Origin: Antedon mediterranea
Lineage: Eukaryota > Animalia > Echinodermata
DNA length: 64,000 nt
NCBI RefSeq assembly: GCF_964355755.1
Contig: NC_092677.1
Span: forward strand, 1,138,101 to 1,202,100
Direction: 5' to 3'
Shown one piece after another: positions 25,933 through 38,330 of the stretch. How positions within the stretch are numbered: position 1 is the stretch's first letter; the number at the start of each line of letters is the position of its first letter. Below the pieces are notes generated by a model. The model was not told the origin of the DNA. It ran no database searches and was given only the letters and a program-made list of their open reading frames with translations. The position numbers and the translations under genes are program-made.

Positions 25933-27759
25933 ACATTATTGTAAACATGTTTAAAATGATATGGTAACGCTGTACTAATTGTTTAGTTTTAAGTACAGAG
26001 TTTCCAAAGAGTGAGGGCGTATGCAATTCAACGAGTCTTGTTGTTGGAATGACGTTTGTTGGTGTGCTCATTGGATTCATTCTCTGTTTGCTTGTTGGTT
26101 TTATCATCAGCAACATAAGGAAGTCAAATTCACAGGTAAAGTATAATTCAGAAAGTAGAACCAAAATCAAAAGAGATAGGCATAAAATGACCAAAGGTTT
26201 AATGAAATACCACACACTTAAGTAATGTTTGATTTTGAAGGTACCTACATCGAAAAACACCAACCAATCAGGGGTAAGGATGCCATACTTCAACTTTAAG
26301 TATTCACTTTACTCATCAACATCATCATTATCATTTATTATTATTACTATTGTCACCAATATATCAATAAAGGTTTACACGATTTTCATTCTTCTTTTTT
26401 CATGCAATAAACGTTGTATTATTTTTAGCAGCAAGAGTATATGACTTATACTGGAGAGACAGATAAAGCAACAACCCATACATACCAAGATTTACAGAAG
26501 AAAGACGATAATCAAGCTGTATATGTAAATGTTAAAGCCAAAAAGGACAAAAAATAATACATTATTCAAGATAAATTAATACAGGAATAATTATTGTTAA
26601 TGGAATATCATACTTATAAGTTTTACCTATAGTGAAACTGACAGAACCACGGTATATCGCAACATGTGATATAAAGAAGAAAACCATCAAACAAATGTAA
26701 CCAACAGTTTATTCAAATGAATAAGTTGTTCGTTATTTTGTAACGGAAATCTAATCTGGTGGCAGGGATAGCATTCAATTATACATGTGCGCGAGTTTGG
26801 TTGCAATAATATATACTTTTTTTGTGGTACGAGTTTAGAAGAATAATGCGATCTTGATTCTATCAATTTGACATGAACGGTAAGTATACAGAACACTACA
26901 AGGAAGTAAAAACAAGAAATATTTCTTATAAAAAACGCCGCTCGACTTTTTGACGTAACAGTTTTAATCATTGTTCTTTCTTCAGATATAATGATAATAT
27001 TTAACAATCAGTAGTAAACATTTTGTGTAAATATAATTTGGCCTACTGTACAGAAAAAAAATATAATCATAAACTAAACTACAGTATATGTACATATTGC
27101 AGGCTATGGGCATTACTCCCTAATGACCCGGCCCACATACTAGTCTAGGCCAACTACCTAGGAGTAACAATGTAACATTAAAAGTTAATATCATACACTG
27201 CCTGTTAATATCTTGTATCAAAATTATAATAAAGAAAGAATTATGAAAATCTGACTTATAGTTTTCGAAATATATAGGGTTCAGAACATCGCCAAAAATA
27301 AATCGTTTTTAGCCACGAACGAAGTAAATAAATTGCACCCTCAGTAGGCAATGATATGCATTTCAATCAAATATGATATTACATGTTTATTAAATAAAAA
27401 CGAGTGTTTATTTAACCTAATATTCAAAGAATTTCAATACATTATTTTTCCGTGTCAGAGTGACTTCACGGGTGAGAAATTCTTCTGCAGTGTGTTGAAT
27501 CGCGTCAACCAACCAAAGGGCGAGAATCCGAAATCGTTCAACCGTGAGGCCTCGTAGACCGTTTTTTCCAAGACGTTTTTGGGTCGAGCAGCATGGACCT
27601 ATAAATTAGTCGAGTTTACAAAATTCCAAAACTGTCAGCGGCCGTAGATATATAGCTCTCGCGTTGTTAAAGCTTCTTATTGACTACCGGTATGTCTCCT
27701 GTGAATATAGCTGCCTAAAGGCGCGGCGCGATTACACATATCAGGAAGTAGCAAAATCA

Positions 27760-29400
27760 TTCTGTATTCAGTATTCAGTATTTATTGGTACTCACTTTAG
27801 AAAAAGTGGCACACACCTTTCGGTGGTGCGTCCATACAAATATAAACAACAACATATAAAAGGTAAATGATGATAAAACTTACATAATTAACTTACATTG
27901 AAAAAAAAAACAACAACAAAAAAATGTACAGTTGTAATTGCACACTTGAATAGATACTTAAGAACAATAATTGTATAACGAGCAAATCAATATATCGATG
28001 CAATAGGTCAGTAGTAAATACACATTAGGGCCTACTTACAAAATGTCTGACAGAAAAAAAAAAAAAACTTATACATAGTAAATAAAAAAAAACTTAACTA
28101 AAAAAAAAACAAAAACAAAAAAACAAAACAAAACAGAATAAAGGTACAATAGGTGAACAGTATAAATAATACATAATCATGATAAAATTACTACATCAAT
28201 CGAAATAAGCATAAATATATATTTATATGTACTTGAAATTATAGATATAGCAAAAAGCTAATACATGATTTTATTTGTTTAATATGATCAGTTATTGGTA
28301 TATCTAACTGGTCTATCAATGTATAAACCAAATAAGCTAAAATGACAGAAAAAAAAAATACATAGAAAATATCACTAAAAAACAATTGAATAACAGTATA
28401 AAGATACAAAAGGTCAACAGTATAAATAATACATAATCATGATTATTTTTACAAAAATCGAGATAAACACAAATATATGTTTATATGTATTTGAAGTTAG
28501 ATAAGCAAATAAATGATTTTCTTTGCTTAATTAGTTATTGATACAACTAACTATTCTATCAATGTAAAAGCCAAATAGGCTAATTATTGGGGTAATGTTG
28601 GTAATTTCTTATATATATCTAACCTGGTATCCCAGGCACTTTGTAAGTATTTTTTACAAGCCATGTCGAAAATCTCCCCAAGAACAACGTTTTCATTATA
28701 TAAATTGTCTAATAACAAATGTAATTTCATTTCAGAGGTTCTTTTGTAGAAAGATTTCCAATAATGTTCAAACCCGTTATTCATTAATTGTAATTTCATT
28801 GGGTAGAAGATTTCTTCTCTTAATTTACTAAATATATTACATTCTAACATAAAGTGTGCGATAGTTTCAGTGTCATTATTGCAGAGTACACACATATCCG
28901 TATTCGTGGGTGAACATGACCTTTTCCTACCTTCAAGGTTTAGAGAGTTTGATCTCGCCTTAAATTTCAAACAACTTCTTTTAAAGTCATTTCTGTAAAG
29001 AAGGTATGGTTCTAGTATCGGTTTATTCTTGTACAATATATACTGTGTCAGAGATGATTTTGATTGTGCTCTCTTCTGCCATTCGTTATTATCGATATCT
29101 TTGTTCTTGCATTTAAATTAAGTTAACCAATTACCGGGTGATTCGTTGGTGAACATGTTACATTTAAGTAAGGCTTCTTTAACTTGATTTAACCATCCCC
29201 ATTTTAATTTATCTTCAAAAATGTTTATGGCGTTAAAAATCAAAATGTCCTTTGTCATTGTCCATGTTTTTTAGGCGGTTAAAATATTTAATACGAGAGT
29301 AGTTTTGGAGTGATTCTATTGATTGCCAGCCCAAGTCACCGTATAAAGTCTCTTTTGCAACGCCTTAAGAATGGTTCTCGCCATTAAAAACTGCAGGTTT
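27760..29400 (-). mobile_element. 5'-truncated, decayed non-LTR retrotransposon (3' end)
   Basis: ORF 28584-29036 has the C-terminal zinc-knuckle motif of LINE ORF2 (CVLCNNDTETIAHFMLEC). A long T-rich 3' region ends in AATAAA plus a (TACTGAA)n-like tail near 27762-27786. Boundaries are approximate. Confidence 0.6.
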
Positions 29401-30579
29401 TCAACTTTTGCCATTGTTGTTTTTCCGTTACAGTACTGTAGTGTATCCATCTCCCATGATAATATAACCTACTTGACATAACTTAAATCGTGTATGCTGC
29501 CACCTACGTGTGGGATCAATAAATTAATACTCAAACAAAAATGGCGATTATGAGTCCGTGTCTCGTATAAAGTATACCACAGTATAGATAGACCCATATC
29601 TTACACAGTCCACACTCATAACAATAACAATTTATAATAGTCCAGTCAATCTAATGATATACCCACCACAAATTGCAATAGTAACAAAGCTAGTATTTTT
29701 TAATTCTATATAATGTGTAGAACGACATACTAAAAGTCACCGAAAATCCAAGCATTGGGTCAAGGGGTCAGAGATCAATAAAGGTCATTTTAAGTCAAAA
29801 TTAATATGCCCCATTAATTACATATATTTAACCATTTAAAATACATTATATACAAGTGGGATTTATGTCATCCGAAAGCTTATTAAATTTCCTATTCAGT
29901 GAAATCAAACTTAAAGTCATAACATTTTATTTAGAATGTCATTTTTGCGGAAAAACACAACATAATGTGTCAATTTTGGCTAAAAATGTTGTTTTCGCTG
30001 TAAACAACAACAACACACAGGGATACCCTGGGGTGAACATTTCAGTCCAAAGCGATACACATGACCAGCTCAAGATGCAGATGAGTTCCTGGTCCTGTTG
30101 CTTCTGGATGATCTACATTCCATTTTTTCCAGATGGCATTTTTGTGGCCATGGTTACAGTATTTATATTGGGATGTTTTTAACCAGTAGAAATACAAAGA
30201 TGTTCAACAGCAGTTTGACAATGACCTCCATGTTGTATGACGTTCGGACCATCTGGGCTGGATTGTCAACAGACCTGGTTTCTATGAGAAGCCTCAAAGA
30301 AAACCAGAGGTTTGACAAGATATTTAGGAGTGAGTACATCCAGACCAAATCTGCGCTGAATGTAATGCCTCGCAATAGTATCAGGGCGTTACTCCAGCAG
30401 CGGCCAACATAAGAACTTATGGCCACACGTCAGGAACACAATAGTCAATAGCAATTGAAAAATCCATTTGGTTACGACTCAGAGACTTCATACCATTGAC
30501 ACGGGAGTTACTGCAGGTGACTCGGAATATTGGTAATGTGGTATTAAGCATTGAATATTTTGGACGGATGTTAGGCCAG

Positions 30580-33500
30580 CGCCAACTTGGTAATAATATA
30601 GACAATACTCACACAGATAATACAACTGAATAACCGATACTTGAGGTATAACAATAATGTAACTTTATTAACAAAGCAAACAGTAAACATTCGTATGTAA
30701 AACAACAACAACGAGGGGGCTCATATGGAGCGCCGTACGTGACATAACAGCCAAACTGGCGTGACTACCTTTTTTTTTTTTTTTTCCTTTTCTCAAAAAA
30801 AACAAAGTCAACAAAAACGGCAAATCGGGACAAACTGTGAATCATATATAAAAAATTGAAAAACGAGCTTTCATCGGGTAGACTGCCCTCCAGCTTGGGG
30901 ATTATTCTGCCCCACAATACTTATCAGGAATCACTTGTCTAGTACAAAATCGTTAAGATGAGTGGGTAAGCGATGACTGCGAGTAGATCGTCTGGGTTCT
31001 ATCACTGGTGGTGGAATAACGACTTTATGAAGGTCGGTGAGAGGGCGGACATCATCAGAAGCAGCAGGAGTTAAGAACTCTGAGTCGGTACCAGCAGGCA
31101 ATGGATCAACCTGGTAAGCGTGATCGGCTGGGGTTGACAGCTCAATAGGTATTTCTGTACGCGGTGGCTCAGGAATTTGATAATCATCATCGCTGTTCGA
31201 GTCCTCTTGGTAATAATGTTGCGATCGAGGAGATGGTGACGAGGGAACCTTGTAGCATTCCGTACGCTTGACTTTGTACGCCGTACTACGTAACTGAGAA
31301 CCGATAAATTTGCGGATATTGCACCAAGTGTTATCAACCGACGTTACGAGATAGCGATGACGGGCCTTTGACTTGTTGCGATCGGCTAAGACGTACACAA
31401 GATCACCAACATCAATATCGGAGCTTGCTGGAAAACGGCCCGTTGGAGCCTTTGATCTTTCACTATGTGCATGATTGGCTAAACGACGTTTGTGCTGTGA
31501 GATAATTAATTGACTGTCAGACAGAGGAATTTGGTCGTTAGTAAACTGGTCGCGTTGTGTCCACATCTCCCTAGAAGAGAGACCACATGAGCGTAGTCGA
31601 GAGTTTAAGCAAGCCATAGTAATTTTGAGCATAGTTGGGGTGACTAATCCACCAGTGGGTTCTTGTGTAAGAAGTTCGTCTTCTACTTCACGTACGGCCT
31701 TTTCGGCGATTGGATTCTTATTTGGGTTTTTGGTTCTTCCTAGCTCAATCATTATTCTGTGGTGCGCTAACAACTTATCGCTGACCAACGAAGCAAATCC
31801 AGGAGCAGGGTCGGTGCGAATTACAGCGTGTGGGCCGTCAAGAGGCCTGAGCTCAATACAAAGGCGGATTAAACCGTCTCGTAGACTGTCGTGACGTTCG
31901 CTGTCGATAATGCACGCGACTGTAAATGATGTTACACACTCTCGCATCACTAGAATAAGTTGTCGTTCACGCTTAATTACATCAGCAGCGAAGGTGGTAC
32001 CAACTGCATCGGGTGGGTCTCCGGTGGACTGCGGGATAACGGTATGTGGAATAGAGCGAAGGGCAGCGCAGTGGTGACATCTTGCTGAGATACGCTCCAC
32101 AGAGGCATCCATGTCGAAAGCGAAGAAATATCTACGAACGATCGTTTTAAGCTGATGGCACGAAGGGTGGTCAAAACGCAGATGAAGTGCTGTGAGAAGG
32201 CCCTCGAGGACATCACGAGGAACAACAATACATTCGCGTACGGGTGCGAGTGGCTCATCCCTACGAACGACCAAAAGACCATCCTTGGCTATGGTAGAAA
32301 ATCGTAGAAGGCGCTTGACATCTTTAATGTTTGTGATTTTTTTGTGGGGGCGAGTACCCTGAGAAAGGTGAGCGTGAGTGCGTCGTAGGACCGGACATTC
32401 AGACTGGATGGCCAGCCAGGCAGGACGACTAGTGAAAGGTAGCTTTGTGGAGCCAGATATAACGTCTTTAATGTTCACTTGGAAAACAACAGAGTCTTCG
32501 GTTTGTTGGACAAAAGAGCAGATTTGGCAAGAAGGAGCGTCACAAGGTTGTGCGTTCCTGCTCCCGAAGTCGGACGGCATATTTGCGGAACCTGCGAGGT
32601 GGTGAACAGATGCGTGATAGCGGCTAACAGTGGATAAGAAGGTTGAAACCCGAGGACTCACAGAGAATTCACCTCTGCACAACTTTTCGTAGGCTTGGAC
32701 ACATGGCTTACTGTCTGTCAAAATGTGTGCCTGATGTGCGGATTGTATGATAAATGGACTAAAGTGTTTTGTGGATGCGGCAATTGAAAGAGCTTCGACT
32801 TCACATGGTAACCAGGTCATTTGTCGTCCGCGTAGTTTAGCGCTATAAAAACCAGCGAGTAATGGTTTGCTGTCACGGGAGACATACAAGGTGGAAGCTA
32901 TGCCATATTTCTTGACGGCGCCATCAGTTACAATCCACAATTGGTCACTTGCTCGTGGGATGGCAATCGTGTGTGGTGAGTTGAGGATAGATTGCGCACT
33001 TGCGAAACTAGCGAGCAATTCGTCAGACCAGTCTATCTTCTCTTGGGATTGTCGTCCAGCGACAGCAGCTTCAAGAGGTGACAAAATAGGTGCACATCGC
33101 GGGAGAACGCGAGATAGCATCTTAAATGCGCCAATGAACGATCGTAATCCGGTCACGGTGACTGGTCTCGGGCAGCTAGATAATGTTGAGATGCGATGAG
33201 AGCTAGCTCGGAGTGTCCCTTGGCTCCATATCCACCCAAGAATGTTAGTAGTCTTAGGACAGATAACGGTTTTGGTAGCGGATAAATGTAGTCCTGAGTT
33301 GGATAGTGCATGAAGGATTCTTCTCCATACGTTCAAGACCTCTTCAACTGTATTACCGCCGCAGTAAAGATCATCAGCGAGTTTTGTAGCTGAACCTTCT
33401 TCTAAAAAATCACCCACTACTCTGCTTAGAAGTTCTTCCAATGCGGTTTCTGACCCCGGCATGCCCATTGCGCAACGGGTATATACCCTGACACCGTGAA

Positions 33501-36266
33501 ATGGAGTGACGATTCCGCAATATTTCATAGACGGTTTTGAAAGTGGAATTTGGTAGAAAGCGTTGGTAAGATCCGTTGTTATAATGTATTTCCACTGTCC
33601 GATTTTAAGAAGAGTGGAGTCGACGTCAGGCATGAGTGACGGTTGTGGTTTGCTGTACCTGCCGACATCGGCAAAGGATGTCACTAATCTGGAACCGCCG
33701 TTGGGTTTCTTCACGAGGAATGACGGATTGAGATATTCTACAGCAACTCCAACATCTTCTGGACGGGCAAAAACTCCAAGTGTTTCGAGTTCGTCGAACT
33801 TGTGTTGTAGTTCGAGGAGCTTGTCTCTTGCATACTGAGGAAGGCGACCTTTGCGTTGTGGGGGTTGGACTGGTCCCATATTTACGGTGGCAACAAACGG
33901 GCCTACAGCACCATTATAACCTTTAAAGGAAGGGTTGAAAATGTCATCATACTCCTTGTGGAGGCTAGTAAATTGTTCGAGTATGTTGCGAGGTAGAATG
34001 CTATCCGGATCCAGCTTAATGCTATCAGAGAAGCAAGTGTGAACTGTTGTAGTGCTAAGCTTTGGTGGTTTAATCGGGGATGATGAAGTGTCAGGTAGGT
34101 TAGGTGTAAACACAGGGCTAGCTTGGCAAAACTGTTCATTGCGTGAAAGCACTTTGGGTTCGTCTGACAGGTTAGGAATGCGAATTCGTCCGGCAACGCA
34201 CGATATGATACGTGGTTCAGGCCAAACATGAGATGGCAAAGATGTTTTCGAGATTGGTGCATCAACGCGAGGTTCAATAGCAACAGTGTCTATGTCGGTG
34301 AGGTCATTTGGGAGTGAAAGTTCAATGTAACTACCTGGCCATATCACAGTGCGTGTTGAGGGAGCACGGAGAACATGAGCGCGTCTGATCGAGTGGCATT
34401 CGGACAAAATGGTAGGCAAGGAGCCATAGATGATGTATGTTGTGCCATCGGCCATAACTACTTGACGCTTAGCGGGGCGGATAGAAATATCATTCTGTTC
34501 CATAAACGGTGTACCAGCGAGTAGCTCAACGTCGAGGTCCTTAACGACGAGGCCATTGAAAGTCAAGTCTTTATTGTCACGTGTAAAGGTGACGTTTGTC
34601 TCGCCCATAACCTGTAACTGCGAAGATCCATCGGCTTGGTGTGCTGATTGACTACTGGGCTTAATCTGAACGCCAAGTAAACGTGCAGTTGATTCACGGA
34701 TCATGTTGCCAGTAGCACCGCTGTCTATAGTAATATGTACGGTATTATAGCCGTGAAAGGCTTCGAGATATGGCGACTGACGTACCTGTATTCGAAGAGC
34801 TGAGGATGAACCAGATGGTGGGTCGTTGGGATCCTCGACACGGGTGGAATCCTGTTCATAGCAGTAACTGTCGTCATCGTCGAAGATGTTTGCGGCCCGG
34901 GCACGTGCCATGTAGCGGCGGTCGCGTTCCGGAAGGAACTTGCACTCACTGAGAAAGTGGCGGTCTGGTCGTCCACCTTGTTTACAAAATGGGCAGCATT
35001 TATTTGGTTTGTTATTGTATGTCTGAGTATTGAATGTCTTAGGTGGGTAGCGGGAACGCGGTGGTTGAGAAGGAAGAGAAGCTGGTCTTTGAAACGGTAA
35101 AATCGCTGAACGCATGACTCTTGTGTCATCGGAAGTTTTGATTTCTTCTAATAGGGAAGTCATAGCTTGTGAAATTTCAGGCTTGATGGACGCCAGTGTA
35201 CGTGAGCGAAGCTCTGTGCCATACCTCTGTTTGACGAGTTGGGGAAGTGAAGGGTGAACTAAGCGTAGCCATGTCAGTGTGAGTAGGTTTTCAAGTGAAG
35301 GGGTGAGTTCTTCGTCTTCCGTAATAGGTTGATTGTGGTGAGTTATAACACTGTCTGCTTGAAGAAGATTGTCATCAATGAAAGCTAGCAAACGTTGGTA
35401 TAGATCCTCTGGGCGTTCATCTGGGCCCAGACTAATGTTAGCAAACTCTAAGAAATGAGCCCCACTAGATTGGAACCCGTAATGTAATCGTATGCATTGC
35501 CAGATGCAAGGTAGTGATGTGGATGATTTTACGATAGTGTTTCTTGAGATTACAGGGCAATAGTTAGCAATTTGACCTAACATTAGTTCCAACATGGTTA
35601 CTTTCTGTTGTGCAGATAAAGCATTAGCTACGTTGTCTTCAAAACCATTGTCATCAGTGAACCCTCGGAGTGGGGAAGCTCTGGTTTTCTTGCCCCACGA
35701 GAAACCTTCCACCAGGAAATTGGCGAATTTAGTGTCTAATGTTAACGTGTACATGAGGTTTTGACGCCAATTCTCAAATGTGTTTATTGTTTCGTTTTTA
35801 CCTAAGCACCATTGCTTGGGGGCACGATTGGATGCAGCCATTGTTGTGGTGTTTATACAAAGTGTACTGAATGAAACGTTATTCCTCTATTGACGAACGG
35901 AGAATTACAGCGACTGCAGTATGCGCCGGTCAGTTGCTCGCCTGTGGATGTGCGATAACGGCAGTATAAGTACTATAGTTATAGGGCTAGGCCTAGGTCT
36001 GCCTCCTGTGTAGACGGTAAGTCGATATTCTTGTGGGCAGTAAAATGTGTTGCGTAGGATTTTCGTCTCCCGACGCTGCCACCACGCCAACTTGGTAATA
36101 ATATAGACAATACTCACACAGATAATACAACTGAATAACCGATACTTGAGGTATAACAATAATGTAACTTTATTAACAAAGCAAACAGTAAACATTCGTA
36201 TGTAAAACAACAACAACGAGGGGGCTCATATGGAGCGCCGTACGTGACATAACAGCCAAACTGGCG
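30580..36266 (-). mobile_element. Intact gypsy-like LTR retrotransposon (Troyka-type features)
   Basis: Two 182-bp LTRs (30580-30761, 36085-36266), identical by eye, with termini CGCCA...TGGCG. 3-bp TSD CAG. PBS TGGTGGCAGCG directly after the 5' LTR, and a purine tract before the 3' LTR. Confidence 0.92.
30931..35841 (-). CDS. Gag-Pol polyprotein, 1636 aa (Gag, zinc knuckle, protease, RT, RNase H, integrase)
   Basis: Uninterrupted ORF. CPFCKQGGRPDRHFLSEC knuckle, IDSGA protease, TDLTNAFYQ/MGMPGS/LADD RT, VTDG..CEVEAL..TDSKP RNase H, and H-H-C-C plus D,D,E (ADV, RTDP, AEK) integrase, in gypsy order. Confidence 0.95.
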   Translation of the reverse strand: MAASNRAPKQWCLGKNETINTFENWRQNLMYTLTLDTKFANFLVEGFSWGKKTRASPLRGFTDDNGFEDNVANALSAQQKVTMLELMLGQIANYCPVISRNTIVKSSTSLPCIWQCIRLHYGFQSSGAHFLEFANISLGPDERPEDLYQRLLAFIDDNLLQADSVITHHNQPITEDEELTPSLENLLTLTWLRLVHPSLPQLVKQRYGTELRSRTLASIKPEISQAMTSLLEEIKTSDDTRVMRSAILPFQRPASLPSQPPRSRYPPKTFNTQTYNNKPNKCCPFCKQGGRPDRHFLSECKFLPERDRRYMARARAANIFDDDDSYCYEQDSTRVEDPNDPPSGSSSALRIQVRQSPYLEAFHGYNTVHITIDSGATGNMIRESTARLLGVQIKPSSQSAHQADGSSQLQVMGETNVTFTRDNKDLTFNGLVVKDLDVELLAGTPFMEQNDISIRPAKRQVVMADGTTYIIYGSLPTILSECHSIRRAHVLRAPSTRTVIWPGSYIELSLPNDLTDIDTVAIEPRVDAPISKTSLPSHVWPEPRIISCVAGRIRIPNLSDEPKVLSRNEQFCQASPVFTPNLPDTSSSPIKPPKLSTTTVHTCFSDSIKLDPDSILPRNILEQFTSLHKEYDDIFNPSFKGYNGAVGPFVATVNMGPVQPPQRKGRLPQYARDKLLELQHKFDELETLGVFARPEDVGVAVEYLNPSFLVKKPNGGSRLVTSFADVGRYSKPQPSLMPDVDSTLLKIGQWKYIITTDLTNAFYQIPLSKPSMKYCGIVTPFHGVRVYTRCAMGMPGSETALEELLSRVVGDFLEEGSATKLADDLYCGGNTVEEVLNVWRRILHALSNSGLHLSATKTVICPKTTNILGWIWSQGTLRASSHRISTLSSCPRPVTVTGLRSFIGAFKMLSRVLPRCAPILSPLEAAVAGRQSQEKIDWSDELLASFASAQSILNSPHTIAIPRASDQLWIVTDGAVKKYGIASTLYVSRDSKPLLAGFYSAKLRGRQMTWLPCEVEALSIAASTKHFSPFIIQSAHQAHILTDSKPCVQAYEKLCRGEFSVSPRVSTFLSTVSRYHASVHHLAGSANMPSDFGSRNAQPCDAPSCQICSFVQQTEDSVVFQVNIKDVISGSTKLPFTSRPAWLAIQSECPVLRRTHAHLSQGTRPHKKITNIKDVKRLLRFSTIAKDGLLVVRRDEPLAPVRECIVVPRDVLEGLLTALHLRFDHPSCHQLKTIVRRYFFAFDMDASVERISARCHHCAALRSIPHTVIPQSTGDPPDAVGTTFAADVIKRERQLILVMRECVTSFTVACIIDSERHDSLRDGLIRLCIELRPLDGPHAVIRTDPAPGFASLVSDKLLAHHRIMIELGRTKNPNKNPIAEKAVREVEDELLTQEPTGGLVTPTMLKITMACLNSRLRSCGLSSREMWTQRDQFTNDQIPLSDSQLIISQHKRRLANHAHSERSKAPTGRFPASSDIDVGDLVYVLADRNKSKARHRYLVTSVDNTWCNIRKFIGSQLRSTAYKVKRTECYKVPSSPSPRSQHYYQEDSNSDDDYQIPEPPRTEIPIELSTPADHAYQVDPLPAGTDSEFLTPAASDDVRPLTDLHKVVIPPPVIEPRRSTRSHRLPTHLNDFVLDK

Positions 36267-37579
36267 CAGAAAGTCTTGCAATGTATTCAAGATCCTGGCA
36301 ATAAAGTACATACAGGCAAGTATGTGTGCATCGATCCTACAGTTCCAGAGGAGACTCGAGGTGACAACAAGGAAGTTTTTGAACATGAACTTTGTTATCC
36401 ACCAGCACTTTTTGAAACAACCAACTTACAATACTTTCAGCTAATAAACCAACATGATGCCATGTGGAAACAATGAATAGTCTAACACATCCAACTCACT
36501 GAATGATGTCCAGTAGGCCTACATTCTAGATGGTAGTGCTCTACTGCACAGCATTCCATGGAATAGTGTAGAGACTTATGATGCGATCTGTAAAAAATAT
36601 TGCTCTGCCATCATAGTCTTTGATGATTATGAAAGCGGCTCATCCACCAAAGACGGCGCACATGGTAAGGCGGGTCAGGTGGTAGTGTCCCTGTACATTT
36701 TATCAGTGACATGTTCCACAAAATAGGATCACTTTCTGTAACAAACAACAATTTATAAATCTTCGTAACTAGTATTTGAACAACATGGCAATGAGTGAAT
36801 GCAGCTGCTGATGCAGATGTTCTTTCGGATAGTACAAAAAACCATTGAATCAGCAAACAGGAAACATCTGTCATTATCCGATGACACGGATCTACTAGTG
36901 CTCCTCTGCAGTCAAGCATTTAAAAAATCTTGTGATATTCTTTAGACTGGAGCTGAGATGCTGGACTATCAAACTGGTTCAAAAAGTACATTTGAGAGAC
37001 ATCTGTGATAACCTTCTGTTTGCTCATGCGATACTGGTGACACAACAACATCCAGAGTTTTCGGAATTGGAAAACAAGTGGCTCTAAAAAAAGCTTGTCA
37101 TTGCACTTATTTCTGACATTATGCTGTAGTCTTCAGATGCAAACAAGCTACAAAGGATGACATTGTGGTTGCTAGAGAAAATGGTTTAGTGCGTCTGTAC
37201 AATGGACTACCTGGACAACGTGGAATGCCTTTGACTCCATCCCATCTACAAGTAAAACCTCGCATATCGCCAACTTCATAATCGCACCACAACCAAGGTA
37301 CTTAACATCATGTTCAAGTTATCTTTTAGCAATGGAGTGGGGTTGATATGTGTACCGAGGATTGGGGATGGCAGATCAGATGATGGAAACATGGTTCCTC
37401 TACACAGACTTAAAGCCAGAACCTGAGTATCTCCTTGAAGCATTCAGGGGTAACTAGAACTACATGTGGTGAATGTAATGGCATTGCACTGTACTAATAC
37501 CCAAACAAGAAAGTGATACCGATGACATATAAGTTGTGAGTCCTTTTCTATTTGAAGGATTAAACAATATCATCCCACA

Positions 37580-38330
37580 CGGAGCAATTCAAATAAAAAG
37601 GTCTGGATTAAAATGATCTTACAAAATATACAAAAATATCACAATATACAGTACAATATAACAAGAGTCAAAGTTCAAGAATTTAAGAGTCGGATGGCAA
37701 CTGGCAAAAACGAATTTCTTTTCCAGTTTGTTCTACATGCCGGGCATTGAAAGCGACGCCCATGAGGTATGAGCTCGAAATCACTGAACAAGGCATGGTT
37801 AACATTTTTTTAGAATAGCTCTATTTTTTTCTAGAGTTTTGCAAAAACCAGCATATAAAGGAAAAAAAGTTAAAACGTTCTCAATAAAGGAATTATAAAA
37901 AACCATGAGAATTACTTTATCGACATTTATGGTTCAGCTTCCTTAACAGATAAAGTCTCTGGTGTCCTTTCTTTACTATTGCCTCTGTATTTAATTCCCA
38001 GCTGAGATTGTTCTCAAATATAGTACCTAGGTATTTAAAGGAATGGACAATATCGCTGGTTCGTCATTTGTGGGGGATACCAGAAAGCTGCGTCCTTTCT
38101 CCTTCCTAAAATCTACAATTATCTCCTTGGTTTTGGTCACATTGAGTTCCAAGTAGGAGTTTCCACAAAATGCCATGACCGTCCTGTGAATTTTGAAGGA
38201 GAGACAGCAAGACAGTGTCGTCAGCAAATTTGAAAAGATGACTATTGTCCTGTTTGCTCCGACAGTCATCCGTGTATATAATATACAGGAGAGGAGAGAA
38301 GACGCAACCCTGCGAAGATCAAATACTTGT
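37580..38330 (-). mobile_element. Decayed Rex1/Babar-like LINE 3' fragment
   Basis: Minus-strand RT remnants FCGNSYLELNVTKTKEIIVDFRK (38027-38269) and KRNSFLPVAIRLLN near 37680-37725. Boundaries are approximate. Confidence 0.6.

Larger units (their letters stand above)
8742..26557 (+). pseudogene. Ig receptor copy D, probable pseudogene inflated by TE insertions (V exon still open)
   Basis: Leader 8742-8772, followed by an 11.8-kb Helitron array in intron 1. V exon 20669-21001 is intact. C2 21626-21919 has lost its AG acceptor and has W->C and TAA at 21805-21807. Stalk 22172-22198, then a LINE insertion, TM 25987-26135, micro-exon 26241-26273 and tail 26429-26557. Confidence 0.8.

Noticed and set aside
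31071-35129. Short ORFs overlapping the gag-pol gene on either strand
   Set aside because: Expected by chance in GC-richer coding DNA. They show no motifs and no sign of an env-like gene.
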